A stretch of DNA of 64,000 bases, taken from Clostridia bacterium. Lineage in GTDB: Bacteria > Bacillota > Clostridia > RGIG6154. Under the pieces are notes generated by a model. It was not told the DNA's origin. It worked only from the letters and a program-made list of their open reading frames with translations, and ran no database searches. Below are positions 34,204 through 44,438 of the stretch, one piece after another. The position numbers and the translations under genes were made by a program. Numbering within the stretch: the first letter of the stretch is position 1; each line of letters starts with the position of its first letter. The DNA is taken from positions 22,265-86,264 of the forward strand of contig JAFQRW010000020.1 of assembly GCA_017409875.1 (NCBI GenBank), given 5' to 3'.

Positions 34204-35076
34204 CTATTCCTGCTCCATACCAAGCTTTTCTAAAAGCTGTGTCATCTGAGCATAGTTTTTAAAGCCAAGTTCAACTTTTCCTTTAAATTTTTCAGAATAG
34301 TTAAGCTTTACCTTAACTCCATACTTTTGTTCGAGTATTTTCTGTGACTTGTCAAGCTGATTTTTTATATCTTTATCTAAAACAATGTGTTTTTTCTCTT
34401 TTGGCGCAGAAACTTTTGCCAGAGCTTCAAGCTGTCTTACACTTAAATCCTCGTTTTTTATACGGTCAGCCAAAGCTTCCATTTTGTTAAGGTCGCCGAT
34501 AGACATTAAAACCTTGGCATGTCCCTGGCTTATATCGCCCTCTGCCAGCATATTTTTTAATTTTTGCGGCATCATTAAAAATCTTAACGAGTTAGCAATG
34601 CCTGAACGGCTTTTGCCCACTTTTTCTGCAACCTGCTCCTGAGTTAACCCGTAATTATCCATAAGTCTTCTGTAGCCGCTAGCTTCTTCAATAGGATTTA
34701 AGTTTTCTCTCTGCAGATTTTCTACCAGAGCAATTTCCTCTGCCTGTAAAACACTGTACTCTTTGACAATCACCGGCACAGTTTTAAGTCCAATGCTTTT
34801 TGCTGCCCTCCATCTTCTTTCGCCTGCAACAATTCGGTAGTAGTCGTTTTCTTTAACCGCAACGATTGGCTGAACCATACCATGCTCTTTAATTGAGTCA
34901 GCCAAAACTGCAAGTTTTTCGGCGTCAAAATCTTTTCTCGGCTGGTCTTTGTTAGGCTCGACCAGATTTATGTCAATTTCCTGAGCTAAAGATGCGCTTT
35001 GCTCAGCCTCTTGGCGGATTGTTTCGGGAATTAAAGCTCCGATACCAAAACCTCTCCCAAGTCCTCTTTTTTTCAT
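34204..35076 (-). CDS. parB: chromosome partitioning protein ParB/Spo0J
   Basis: IVAGERRWRAAK box and the HTH LTQEQVAEKVGKSRSGIANSLR. Confidence 0.9.
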   Translation of the reverse strand: MKKRGLGRGFGIGALIPETIRQEAEQSASLAQEIDINLVEPNKDQPRKDFDAEKLAVLADSIKEHGMVQPIVAVKENDYYRIVAGERRWRAAKSIGLKTVPVIVKEYSVLQAEEIALVENLQRENLNPIEEASGYRRLMDNYGLTQEQVAEKVGKSRSGIANSLRFLMMPQKLKNMLAEGDISQGHAKVLMSIGDLNKMEALADRIKNEDLSVRQLEALAKVSAPKEKKHIVLDKDIKNQLDKSQKILEQKYGVKVKLNYSEKFKGKVELGFKNYAQMTQLLEKLGMEQE

Positions 35077-35100
35077 ATAATTTCCTCACTTCAACCGAAA

Positions 35101-35116
35101 TGTTCCATGTAGAACA
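35101..35116. promoter_or_regulatory. parS-like site TGTTCCATGTAGAACA
   Basis: 13/16 match to the B. subtilis-type parS TGTTNCACGTGAAACA. Lies between parB and parA. One nt different from the reverse complement of the site at 43415-43430. Confidence 0.4.
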
Positions 35117-35123
35117 TTCCATT

Positions 35124-35888
35124 TTATTCGTTATTTTTTATTACCTCTTTTGCAAGCATCGTGTATGCTGCAGCACCTGTGGCAGTGCGGTCAAATACAT
35201 TTATAGGTTCGCCGAAAGACGGCGCCTCGGAAAGTCTGACATTTCTCGGTATAACCGCGCGGTACACCTTTTTGCCAAAACACTTTTTAACTTCATCAAC
35301 AACCTGAATTGAAAGGTTTGTTCTGCCGTCGAACATTGTCATAACAACACCCTCAATATCAAGCTCAGGGTTTAGCGCCTTTTTCACAAGATTTATTGTG
35401 TTTGTGAGCTGCATAACGCCTTCTAACGCATAATACTCACACTGAATAGGTATTAAAACGGTGTCAGTTGCAGTAAAAGCGTTGATAGTAACAAGCCCAA
35501 GCGACGGGGGACAGTCAATTATAATAAAATCGTACTTGTCCCTTATCTGGCAAAGTGCTTCTTTTAACTTAAATTCTCTTTTTGAAAGCCCTACAAGCTC
35601 AATTTCCGCTCCCGACAAGCTTATGTCAGATGCAATGATATCCATATCAAAATATTTAGTTTTAGTAATCACTTCGTCAGGTGAGGCTTCGTTTACCAAA
35701 ATATCATAAACCGTACCCGGAAGATCTTCTTTTTCTATCCCAAGCCCTGTGGTGGCATTGCCCTGAGGGTCTGCGTCTATAATCAGAACTTTTTTGCCCT
35801 GCTCTGCAATGCAAGACGCAAGGTTTACAGCCGTGGTTGTTTTTCCCACTCCGCCTTTCTGATTTGCAACCGAAATTATCTTTGCCAT
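35124..35888 (-). CDS. parA: chromosome partitioning ATPase ParA/Soj
   Basis: MAKIISVANQKGGVGKTTT deviant Walker A. ATG 35888 with a GGAGGA RBS. Confidence 0.9.
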   Translation of the reverse strand: MAKIISVANQKGGVGKTTTAVNLASCIAEQGKKVLIIDADPQGNATTGLGIEKEDLPGTVYDILVNEASPDEVITKTKYFDMDIIASDISLSGAEIELVGLSKREFKLKEALCQIRDKYDFIIIDCPPSLGLVTINAFTATDTVLIPIQCEYYALEGVMQLTNTINLVKKALNPELDIEGVVMTMFDGRTNLSIQVVDEVKKCFGKKVYRAVIPRNVRLSEAPSFGEPINVFDRTATGAAAYTMLAKEVIKNNE

Positions 35889-36176
35889 ATTTCCTCCGTA
35901 AAACTTCTTTTTTACTCCTTCAAGTATACCACTTTTTATGAAAAAAAACAATACAAATACATATTTTTATGGAATTTTTCAAATTTTTTCCAGATTTTTT
36001 CTTTTTTTTCATTATATATAGCTTAAATAATAGTTTTCATCTTACAAAATCAATCCAAAATTCCCATATATTTTGCATTGAAAACAAGAATAAAACCAAG
36101 TATTATTGTAACTGTGGTTGACATAATCATCGTTATGGTAAACCGCAACAAAAATTTTATAGGAGGAAGTTTTAGT

Positions 36177-38789
36177 ATGTCAGGATTTAAAAAAATCTTA
36201 TCGGTTGTATTAACACTAATAATGGCAATCGGTATCGTAACTCCTGCAATGGCTTATGAAATATCAGACGACGTTGCAGGCACAGTTTACGAAGAAGCAG
36301 CAACAGTTTTAGGTGCCCTTGGCATCATGATTGGTGACGAAGGCGGCTTCAGACCAAACGACACTGTAACAAGAGCAGAATTTGCAAAAATCGCAGTACA
36401 CGCACTCGGTCTTAAAGATGTTGCTGAGTCTTCAAAAGGAGTAACAAAGTTCCCGGACGTTGGCGTAAACCACTGGGCAAACGGCTACATTAATGTAGCA
36501 ACAGCTCAAAAAATCGTAATCGGCCACGACACAGGACTGTTTGCTCCGGAAGATGTTATCACATATCAGGAGGCCGTAACAATTCTTATCAGAGTTTTAG
36601 GTCATGAGCCTGCAGCTCTTGCTAAAGGCGGATATCCTACAGGCTACCTTGTAACAGGTAACAATATCGGTCTTACAAAGAAAGCTTCTATTGAAGCAGG
36701 CAAAGGTGCATCAAGAGGAATTACAGCTCAGCTTACCTACAATGCTCTTACAATCAACCTTATGGAGCAGGTGGGCTTTGGTGATGACGGAAGATATGAA
36801 GAAGTAAACAAAACACTTTTAAAAGATAAGCTTGGAATTATAAAAGGCACAGGAATAGTTACAGGCAACTCTGTAACAAAGCTTACCGGCACAAGCTCAC
36901 TTAAAAACACAGAAGTTGAAATTGGCGGCGAAGTGTTCTTTACCGGCAATTCAAAAGCAGACCACATGCTTGGTCAGTATGTAACTTACTATGTTGAAGA
37001 ACAAGACAACGGCGATAAGGTAGTTTTACTTGCAATGCCGGACGCAAACAGAAACAAAGTGATTACAATTAACGCATCAGACCTTGCACAGGAAATTTTA
37101 GAAAATTCAACAAGCATCTTCTACTATCCGGACGAAGATTCAGATGCAGAAGAGCTTTTACTTGCAGATAATGTTAACGTAATTTACAACGACAAAGCAG
37201 GCGCACTTAAAAATCCTTTAACAGGAACAATTACGCTTTTAGAAACCACAAGAGATGACAAGTACGACACAATTTTCATTAATGAATATGTAAACTATGT
37301 TGTAGACTCAGTATCAACTGCAGGCAAAAAGATTTACGACAAAAATGGTCTGCCGGCACTTGACTTGAATACTGATAACAACAAAAACTTAAAAGTAGTT
37401 TTAGAAGACAAAAACGGAAATGCTGTTAAACTTGAAGACATAAAAGAATGGAATGTCCTTTCAGTTTACAAAAACACAAACTACGTTAAAGCAATAGTTT
37501 CAACAGAAGTTGTGTCAGGAATGATTACAGAAAAATCAGCAAGCGATGAAACCGTTGTAATAGGCGGAAAAGAATACAAAATCGCAGAAAATATGAACTA
37601 TGGCGACTTCACTTTAAAATTAGAAGGAAGATTCTATCTTGATGCATCAGGCAAAATTGCGGCATACGATGCACAAAGCAGACTTGGTACAAATTACGCA
37701 TACTTGATTAACGCAGGTTTAACTTCAGGTCTTGACCAGTCACTTCAGATAAAACTCTTTACTGCAAATGGTGAAGTTAAAACATTAACTGCAGCAGATA
37801 AAATCAAAGTAGATGGAGCTTCAGGATTAAATAACGAACAAGCATTAGCAGCTCTTAAAACAGAGGGCGCAATAGTAAAACAGATGGTAACATTTGAAAC
37901 AAATGCAAACGGCGAGCTTTCAGCAATCGAAAGAGCAACAGACAAAACTGCATCTTTCCCGAATAGCTTTGAAAAAGATATGTTTGCATTAAACTTTAAA
38001 GGCGACGGTTTAGTATTTAAAGCATCAGGTAACAGACTTAACATTGTAGACGAAAACGGCGCTACCACAGGTTCAATCAAATTAACAGATGAAACAATCA
38101 TCTTTAACATCGCAGAAGGCGAAACAGACACAACCAAGATGGAAATGGGTTCACTCAAATCATTTGTAGATTCAAGTGCCTACAACGTGGAAGTATTTGA
38201 TATCAAAGAAGACCACACAGCAGGTATGATAAGAGTAACAAACACAATTTCAAATGGTAAAATTGAAGCGCCTATCGCAGTTGTTGAAAAAATCACATCA
38301 ATGCAAAACTCAGAAGACTTATTGGTAGATAAACTCTACGCTGCAGTAGATGGCGAAAAGATTGAACTTTTAACAGAAGAAACAGGCATCTTAGTTAAAA
38401 ACGGCAGTGAAAAATTAGAGGCTGGTGACATAATTCAGTACACCTTAAACTCTAAAGGCGAGATAAACAGAATTACAGTACTGTTTGACATCGATGCAAA
38501 AGACACAGAATTTTATAGCAGCTACGGCACAGCCGATGAAATGGCCATCGTTTACGGTAAGGTAACAAAGAAATTCTCAAATTCAATTAACGTATCAGTA
38601 AATGGTGCAAGCGCAATCAACTACAACATTTCAAATGCAACAGTTTATAAGTTTGATTCAAGCAAGAACAACAAGCTTACAATCACAGATGCAGGCGAAA
38701 TCGCAAAGTGGGAAGATAACGCTAATGAACAGAGAGTATTCATCAGAATTTACAAAGATGAAGTTAAAGAAATAGTTATCGTACAGTAA
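36177..38789 (+). CDS. SLH-domain cell-wall-anchored surface protein
   Basis: Signal peptide, then three SLH repeats (TRAEFAKIAVHALGL, FPDVGVNHWANGYINVA, ITYQEAVTILIRVLG). AGGAGG RBS before ATG 36177. Confidence 0.8.
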   Translation: MSGFKKILSVVLTLIMAIGIVTPAMAYEISDDVAGTVYEEAATVLGALGIMIGDEGGFRPNDTVTRAEFAKIAVHALGLKDVAESSKGVTKFPDVGVNHWANGYINVATAQKIVIGHDTGLFAPEDVITYQEAVTILIRVLGHEPAALAKGGYPTGYLVTGNNIGLTKKASIEAGKGASRGITAQLTYNALTINLMEQVGFGDDGRYEEVNKTLLKDKLGIIKGTGIVTGNSVTKLTGTSSLKNTEVEIGGEVFFTGNSKADHMLGQYVTYYVEEQDNGDKVVLLAMPDANRNKVITINASDLAQEILENSTSIFYYPDEDSDAEELLLADNVNVIYNDKAGALKNPLTGTITLLETTRDDKYDTIFINEYVNYVVDSVSTAGKKIYDKNGLPALDLNTDNNKNLKVVLEDKNGNAVKLEDIKEWNVLSVYKNTNYVKAIVSTEVVSGMITEKSASDETVVIGGKEYKIAENMNYGDFTLKLEGRFYLDASGKIAAYDAQSRLGTNYAYLINAGLTSGLDQSLQIKLFTANGEVKTLTAADKIKVDGASGLNNEQALAALKTEGAIVKQMVTFETNANGELSAIERATDKTASFPNSFEKDMFALNFKGDGLVFKASGNRLNIVDENGATTGSIKLTDETIIFNIAEGETDTTKMEMGSLKSFVDSSAYNVEVFDIKEDHTAGMIRVTNTISNGKIEAPIAVVEKITSMQNSEDLLVDKLYAAVDGEKIELLTEETGILVKNGSEKLEAGDIIQYTLNSKGEINRITVLFDIDAKDTEFYSSYGTADEMAIVYGKVTKKFSNSINVSVNGASAINYNISNATVYKFDSSKNNKLTITDAGEIAKWEDNANEQRVFIRIYKDEVKEIVIVQ

Positions 38790-38801
38790 AATAAGTAAAA
38801 A

Positions 38802-38831
38802 AGAGCACTTGAGCTTAAGTGCTCTTTTTTT
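38802..38831 (+). terminator. rho-independent terminator
   Basis: AGAGCACTT-n6-AAGTGCTCT hairpin plus a T run. Confidence 0.75.
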
Positions 38832-38897
38832 ATTCATAACGTTAATGCCCTCCTTTGAAAGCAAAAAAACAACACACCTTTTTGGTGTGTTGTTTTT

Positions 38898-38984
38898 TGG
38901 TGCAGGTGGTGGGAATCGAACCCACACGGTATCACTACCACAGGATTTTGAGTCCAGCGCGTCTGCCAGTTCCACCACACCTGC
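38898..38984 (-). tRNA. tRNA-Leu (anticodon CAA), long variable arm, CCA encoded
   Basis: The reverse strand reads GCAGGTGTGGTGGAACTGGCAGAC...CTCAAAA...GGGTTCGATTCCCACCACCTGCACCA, 87 nt. Confidence 0.85.
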
Positions 38985-39069
38985 ATTTCCAAGCAAGTGG
39001 TATTATACCATAGCTTTAAGGCCCTGTCAATCAATTTTTAAAAAATTTAATAAATTTGCATAATAGGTC

Positions 39070-39098
39070 TTGATTTTTTTAAAAAGTTGTGTTATACT
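39070..39098 (+). promoter_or_regulatory. promoter of tRNA-Pro
   Basis: TTGATT-17 nt-TATACT with TG upstream. Confidence 0.6.
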
Positions 39099-39111
39099 AC
39101 TTATTGCATTT

Positions 39112-39188
39112 CGAGGCGTAGCTCAGTTTGGTAGAGTGCTTGGTTTGGGACCAAGATGCCGCAGGTTCAAGTCCTGTCGCCTCGACCA
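39112..39188 (+). tRNA. tRNA-Pro (anticodon TGG), CCA encoded
   Basis: Acceptor CGAGGCG/CGCCTCG, anticodon arm CTTGG-TTTGGGA-CCAAG, T arm GCAGG-TTCAAGT-CCTGT, 77 nt. A terminator hairpin follows. Confidence 0.9.
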
Positions 39189-39294
39189 AAAAACACATAC
39201 CCAACTGGGTGTGTTTTTTTTTGTCTTTTATACTGCCTTTACAAATCTACTTTAGTGTGATAAACTATAATGGGTAAAGAATGGAGTTGTTAAA

Positions 39295-40140
39295 ATGAAA
39301 ATTTCTGATATTTATAAACAAAAAAAGCAACCTAAATCGTTTGAAATATTCCCGCCAAAAGGGGATTTGTCTGTTGAAACGGTAAAAGATACGGTAAATC
39401 AGCTTCAAAGCTTAAATCCTGCTTTTATCAGCGTCACATATTCTGCAGGTGGCTCAGGCAACAGTTTAAAAACCTCCGAGCTTTGTTCTATGATAAAAAA
39501 CGACTATAAAATTGAGTCAGTTGCGCATCTTACTTGCATAAACTCAACAAAGCAAGATGTTTTAAATATGCTTAAAACCTTAAAATCAGAAAATATCGAA
39601 AATATTTTAGCATTAAGAGGAGATGTTATAGAAGGCTGTACTGCTCACGATTTCAAACATGCTACTGACCTCATTCCTGTTTTAAAAAACGAAGGCTTTT
39701 GCGTAGGAGGTGCGTGTTATCCTGAGGGGCACGTCACCTGTGAAAGTATAGAAAATGACATTGAACACCTTTATGAAAAAGAGTCTTTAGGAGCAGACTT
39801 TTTCCTTTCTCAGTTGTTTTTTGACAACGATGCTTTTTTCAAGTTCCTTGAAAAGGCAAGAAAAAGAGGAGTTACAAAGCCTATTGAGGCAGGAGTAATG
39901 CCAATCTTAAGTAAATCACAGATTACAAGAATGATTTTTATGTGCGGAGCAAGCTTACCTTCACATATCATAAGACTTCTTAACAAATACGAATCAAATC
40001 CCGAAGATTTGGAAAAAGTGGGCATTTACACCGCATTAGAACAAATTAAAGGACTACTAGAAGGTGGAGTAGACGGCGTTCACATTTACACAATGAACAA
40101 GCCTCATATCGCAAAAACAATAATTGACGGGTTGAAATAA
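39295..40140 (+). CDS. metF: methylenetetrahydrofolate reductase
   Basis: FEIFPPKGD...ISVTYSAGGS...HLTC...ALRGD, typical MetF. Confidence 0.85.
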   Translation: MKISDIYKQKKQPKSFEIFPPKGDLSVETVKDTVNQLQSLNPAFISVTYSAGGSGNSLKTSELCSMIKNDYKIESVAHLTCINSTKQDVLNMLKTLKSENIENILALRGDVIEGCTAHDFKHATDLIPVLKNEGFCVGGACYPEGHVTCESIENDIEHLYEKESLGADFFLSQLFFDNDAFFKFLEKARKRGVTKPIEAGVMPILSKSQITRMIFMCGASLPSHIIRLLNKYESNPEDLEKVGIYTALEQIKGLLEGGVDGVHIYTMNKPHIAKTIIDGLK

Positions 40141-40141
40141 T

Positions 40142-40798
40142 ATGAAAATTGATAAAAATGAAGTTTTAAGGTATTTGGGATATAAAAATCAGCAAATTTC
40201 TGATGACCTTCACCAAAAAATTGACTTTTTAATACAAAATGCAGCTGAAACTTTAAAGCCAAAAGCTGTGTGGGATATTTTCCAGCCCGAATTTTCTGAA
40301 AAAGTGATATTAAAAAACACTTGTTTGCAATTTGAAGGTCAAGATATATTTAATCACCTTAAAGGCGCAAAAAAAGTTGCTGTAATGGCGGTAACATTGG
40401 GTATCGGTGCAGAGCGTGCAATTTTAAAGTATCAGCATACAGATATGGTAAGTACAGTTATTTCAGACGCAGTGTTTGACGCATTTATAGAATGTGTTGC
40501 AGACGAAACTGAGCAACAAATCAAAGAACTTGCACAAAAAGAGGGACTTTATATAAACTCAAGGTACAGTCCCGGTTACGGTGATTTCCCATTAAATACC
40601 CAAAAAATGATAATTTCTGCACTTAACTGCGAAAAAAAGATTGGTCTTACCGTAACTGAATCAGATATATTAGTCCCAAGAAAAAGCGTTACTGCGGTAA
40701 TAGGCTTTTTCAGTGAAATTCAGAATAAGCCATTTTATAAGTGTTTAAACTGCAATATGAAAGATAAATGCAAAATGGAGTGTGATAAAAATGTTTAG
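40142..40798 (+). CDS. stand-alone methionine synthase activation (reactivation) domain protein
   Basis: RYSPGYGDFPL...IGLTVTESDILVPRKSVTAVIGF matches the MetH activation-domain core. Confidence 0.7.
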   Translation: MKIDKNEVLRYLGYKNQQISDDLHQKIDFLIQNAAETLKPKAVWDIFQPEFSEKVILKNTCLQFEGQDIFNHLKGAKKVAVMAVTLGIGAERAILKYQHTDMVSTVISDAVFDAFIECVADETEQQIKELAQKEGLYINSRYSPGYGDFPLNTQKMIISALNCEKKIGLTVTESDILVPRKSVTAVIGFFSEIQNKPFYKCLNCNMKDKCKMECDKNV

Positions 40799-43121
40799 AG
40801 ATAACTTTGTAATTTTTGACGGTGCTATGGGCACAAGTCTGCAGAAATACGGGTTGGCAGCAGGGGAGCTTCCGGAACTTTTAAACTTTTCACACCCTGA
40901 AATTGTTGAAAAAATCCACAAAGAATATTTAGATGCCGGCGCACAAATTATAACCGCAAATACATTTGGTGCAAATCGGCTAAAATTAGGCGAAAAAGCA
41001 ACTGTTGAAAGCGTAATAAGTAAAGCAATTAACATAGCTCGTAATTCAGGCGCAAAATATGTCGCCTTAGACCTTGGCCCTACAGGTCAGGTTTTAGAGC
41101 CGATAGGCACACTTTCATTTGAAGAAGCCTACGACTTGTATAAACAACAGGTAATAGCAGGTGTAAGTGCAGGAGCAGACCTTGTTTTAATAGAAACCAT
41201 GTCCGACCTGTTAGAAACCAAAGCCGCTGTTCTTGCAGTAAAAGAAAACTGCAATCTTCCGCTTGTATGCACTATGACATTCGGAGAAGATAAAAGAACT
41301 TTTATGGGAACAAGTCCCAAAAATGCTGCCATAACTCTTTGTTCGCTTGGGGTAGATGCAGTCGGTGTAAACTGCTCTTTAGGACCAAACGAGCTTTTGG
41401 ACGTAGTAGAAGAAATTTGTAAATTTTCCACAAAGCCTGTAATTGTTCAGCCAAACGCAGGACTTCCAAAGGTTGAAAACGGAAAAACAATTTTCACCGT
41501 AACCCCAAATGATTACAAAAATGCAATAGAAAAAATGATATCAATGGGTGTTTCAATTATCGGCGGATGCTGCGGAACTACGCCTGAACATATAAAAGCA
41601 GTAAGTAATTTGGTTGCAGGCAGAAAGCCTGTTAAAAGAGCGATTAATTACGTAAGTGCGATAACAAGCGGTCAAACTGAAGTTATTTTAACAAACAATA
41701 CCGCAATAATAGGTGAAAGAATTAATCCTACAGGCAAACCAAAATTAAAAGAGGCATTAAAAAACAAAGATTACGACTATATTATATCCGAAGCAGTAGC
41801 TCAGCAAAATGCGGGTGCCGATGTTTTGGATGTAAACGCAGGACTTCCCGATATAAATGAGGGTGAAGTTTTAAAAGAAATTATAAAAAAACTTCAAGCA
41901 GTAACGCCTCTTCCTCTTCAGATTGACTCTTCTGATGAAAAAGCGATAGAACAAGCCGTTAGAGTATATTCAGGAAAACCAATTATAAACTCTGTAAACG
42001 GCAAAAAAGAAAGCATGGAAAAAATACTGCCGTTAGTTAAAAAATATGGTGCAGCGGTTGTTGCTCTTACTCTTGATGAAAACGGAATTCCCGAAACAGC
42101 AGAAGGTCGGCTTAAAATAGCACAAAAAATTGTTTCCAAGGCTGAAGAATATGGTATTCCGAAAACAGATATATTTGTAGACTGTTTGGTGCTTACTGCC
42201 TCAACGAACCAGCAGATGGTAATGGAAACATTAAGGGCAATAGGGCTTGTTAAACAAAATCTTGGTGTTAAAACTGTTCTTGGTGTAAGTAATGTTTCTT
42301 TCGGTCTACCGTCAAGAGAAATTTTAAATTCTGCTTATCTTGCTGCCGCTTTTGGCGCAGGACTTGATATGCCAATATTAAACCCGTTGTCGGAAGAATA
42401 CAAAAAGGTTGTTTTGGCATTTAAGGTTTTAAACAACGAGGATATAAATGCTAAAAAGTTTATTTCTGAATTTTCCTGTTTAAATGAAAAGAGCGTTGCT
42501 GTGCAAGCAGAGATGGATATGAAACAAATAATAATAAACGGATTAAAATCAAAAGCCAAAGAAAAAACCCTGACCTTGCTTGAGTCAAAAACGCCTATTG
42601 AAATAATAGATACAGAATTTATCCCTGCGCTTGATATAGTAGGAGAAAAATTTGAAAAAGGCGAAATGTTTTTGCCTCAGCTTATGGCGTCTGCCGAAGC
42701 TGTTAAAGCAGGTTTTGAGCTTCTTAAAGGTAAAAATACAAGCACCTCTAAGGGCAAAGTAGTATTAGCCACAGTAAAAGGGGATATTCACGACATCGGC
42801 AAAAATATTGTAAAAATGCTTATGCAGAATTATGGATATGACGTAATAGATCTCGGAAAAGACGTTGAACCTTTAAAAGTGGTACAAACTGTAAAAGAAA
42901 CAGGTGCTAACCTTGTGGGATTAAGCGCACTTATGACTACCACAGTTAAAAGCATGGAAGAAACAGTAAAAGAATTAAAAAATGCAGGTCTTAATTGCAA
43001 AATAATGGTTGGCGGTGCAGTATTAAGTCCTGAGTATGCCAAAATGGTAGGCGCTGATTACTATGCAAAAGATGCTCAGGAGGGTGTGAAAATTGCATCT
43101 GAAGTTTATAATCAGAGGTAA
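40782..43121 (+). CDS. metH: methionine synthase (Hcy-binding, pterin-binding and B12-binding modules, no activation domain)
   Basis: Contains GGCCGTTPEHI. B12 motif GDIHDIGKNIV and SALMTTT. Confidence 0.85.
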   Translation: MIKMFRDNFVIFDGAMGTSLQKYGLAAGELPELLNFSHPEIVEKIHKEYLDAGAQIITANTFGANRLKLGEKATVESVISKAINIARNSGAKYVALDLGPTGQVLEPIGTLSFEEAYDLYKQQVIAGVSAGADLVLIETMSDLLETKAAVLAVKENCNLPLVCTMTFGEDKRTFMGTSPKNAAITLCSLGVDAVGVNCSLGPNELLDVVEEICKFSTKPVIVQPNAGLPKVENGKTIFTVTPNDYKNAIEKMISMGVSIIGGCCGTTPEHIKAVSNLVAGRKPVKRAINYVSAITSGQTEVILTNNTAIIGERINPTGKPKLKEALKNKDYDYIISEAVAQQNAGADVLDVNAGLPDINEGEVLKEIIKKLQAVTPLPLQIDSSDEKAIEQAVRVYSGKPIINSVNGKKESMEKILPLVKKYGAAVVALTLDENGIPETAEGRLKIAQKIVSKAEEYGIPKTDIFVDCLVLTASTNQQMVMETLRAIGLVKQNLGVKTVLGVSNVSFGLPSREILNSAYLAAAFGAGLDMPILNPLSEEYKKVVLAFKVLNNEDINAKKFISEFSCLNEKSVAVQAEMDMKQIIINGLKSKAKEKTLTLLESKTPIEIIDTEFIPALDIVGEKFEKGEMFLPQLMASAEAVKAGFELLKGKNTSTSKGKVVLATVKGDIHDIGKNIVKMLMQNYGYDVIDLGKDVEPLKVVQTVKETGANLVGLSALMTTTVKSMEETVKELKNAGLNCKIMVGGAVLSPEYAKMVGADYYAKDAQEGVKIASEVYNQR

Positions 43122-43367
43122 CCAAATTTTCAGCTTTTCATATAATAAAGTAAGGGTAACCCCCTTTAATATATATTTTGGCACTCACACAGCTTTCAAA
43201 TAGCTTTAATATAAGGGATGCTTCAAGCATCCCTTTTTTTATTGCAAATCCTTCATTTATAAAACAGAGCGGTATACGTCTTTCATTTTTACGGGTTTCT
43301 AATGACACCAGCCCTACATTTAATAAATATTATTAATTTGGAAAAGACAAAATCGCGTAAAAATCTT

Positions 43368-43412
43368 GCAATGGCAGGCGTGCCATTGCGAGTAATAAGA
43401 AGCGAATTTTGC
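43368..43412 (+). repeat. possible diverged member of the REP-like family
   Basis: Hairpin GCAATGGCA-ggcg-TGCCATTGC followed by GAAGCGAATTTTGC (compare GAAGCGAACAAATTTGC in the full copies). Confidence 0.35.
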
Positions 43413-43414
43413 CG

Positions 43415-43430
43415 TGTTCTACGTGGAACA
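43415..43430. promoter_or_regulatory. parS-like site TGTTCTACGTGGAACA
   Basis: 14/16 match to TGTTNCACGTGAAACA. Intergenic. Confidence 0.45.
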
Positions 43431-43465
43431 ATTTAAAATCCCCGCTAATAAACGGGGATTTTTTA

Positions 43466-44428
43466 TTAAATATCTTGCTTTTGCTCTGAATCAACAACCT
43501 CTTGGCTCTGTCGTTGCAAAGTGGCTGCATACTCACTGTCTAAAATAAATATGTCGGTATCTTCCTGAATCTTTTCTACCATAGTGTCAAACACAGTTTT
43601 ATAAATAGGATCCTTGAACAAATATTGTGTCAATAAAAGATTATTTTCGGCAATATATGTGCCTTTTTTAACCTTAAACATCTCGCTGTACTGCGCTCCT
43701 GTACCAAAGTTTTCTATAATATTTACATTGACAAACTCTGTGCTTTCGTCAACTCGTGATGTAATTGCTGTTGGGAATGCTCGCTTTTCTCCGTATGTAA
43801 TATCAATTCTTGCTACTTCAACTTCCCTGTTTTCTTCAATTCGCTTGTATTTGCATCTTTTAATTATATAGTCCTTGTCTAATTCGTACTCCACCAGAAC
43901 TCTGTCGCCAGCCTCAAGTCCTAAACCATCAAGCTCTTGCAAAATATCATTATTTACAATAAACTTGTATTGCGCTATGTATCCGTCTTCTTCATCTTCC
44001 ATACAGTTACTTTCAATTATAAATACATAGCTCAATGTGTCACTTCTGGCAAGAAGTGATGCCATTACTTTTTCATAGCTCTCACGATAAGGCAGTACAG
44101 TTCTGATTTCACCATCACCATATTCTGTAAATATCTCATTGTTATAATAATAACACTTATATTCTACAGAATAATCCAGTATTGCATTTGTGCTTTCGCC
44201 TTCTTTTTCAAAGTACAATGTCCAATAGTTATAATCGTCGCCTCGCTCAGCACGTGAGGCTGTTCTTTCTGAAACATAGCCAAATTTTTCCAAAAGCTTT
44301 TGCCTGTTGTTACACGCGGCAACCTTTTGAAAAGGAATGTCGATTGTTTCAGTTAGTACCTGATTTCCATTTGAACAAGCGCTCAAAAACAACACCATAC
44401 AAACAACTAAAGACAGTATTTTTTTCAT
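43466..44428 (-). CDS. lipoprotein (hypothetical)
   Basis: Lipobox MKKILSLVVCMVLFLSAC. Confidence 0.65.
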   Translation of the reverse strand: MKKILSLVVCMVLFLSACSNGNQVLTETIDIPFQKVAACNNRQKLLEKFGYVSERTASRAERGDDYNYWTLYFEKEGESTNAILDYSVEYKCYYYNNEIFTEYGDGEIRTVLPYRESYEKVMASLLARSDTLSYVFIIESNCMEDEEDGYIAQYKFIVNNDILQELDGLGLEAGDRVLVEYELDKDYIIKRCKYKRIEENREVEVARIDITYGEKRAFPTAITSRVDESTEFVNVNIIENFGTGAQYSEMFKVKKGTYIAENNLLLTQYLFKDPIYKTVFDTMVEKIQEDTDIFILDSEYAATLQRQSQEVVDSEQKQDI

Positions 44429-44438
44429 AAAATACCTC

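Noticed and set aside
36078-36176. 5' extension of the SLH protein ORF
   Set aside because: ATG 36177 is preceded by AGGAGG and starts a typical signal peptide. The extension has no RBS.
38658-39255. Track ORFs 38658-38996(-), 38809-39063(+), 38834-39034(-) and 39070-39255(+)
   Set aside because: They lie across tRNA-Leu, tRNA-Pro and their terminators. They are not coding.
39189-39294. SAM riboswitch upstream of metF, and T-box upstream of serS (33793-33830)
   Set aside because: The leaders are too short (about 105 nt and 0 nt). They lack the conserved SAM-I or T-box sequence elements.
43333-43536. Track ORF 43333-43536(-)
   Set aside because: It spans the intergenic REP-like hairpin, the parS-like site and the terminator, and it overlaps the end of the lipoprotein gene. 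No RBS is present.
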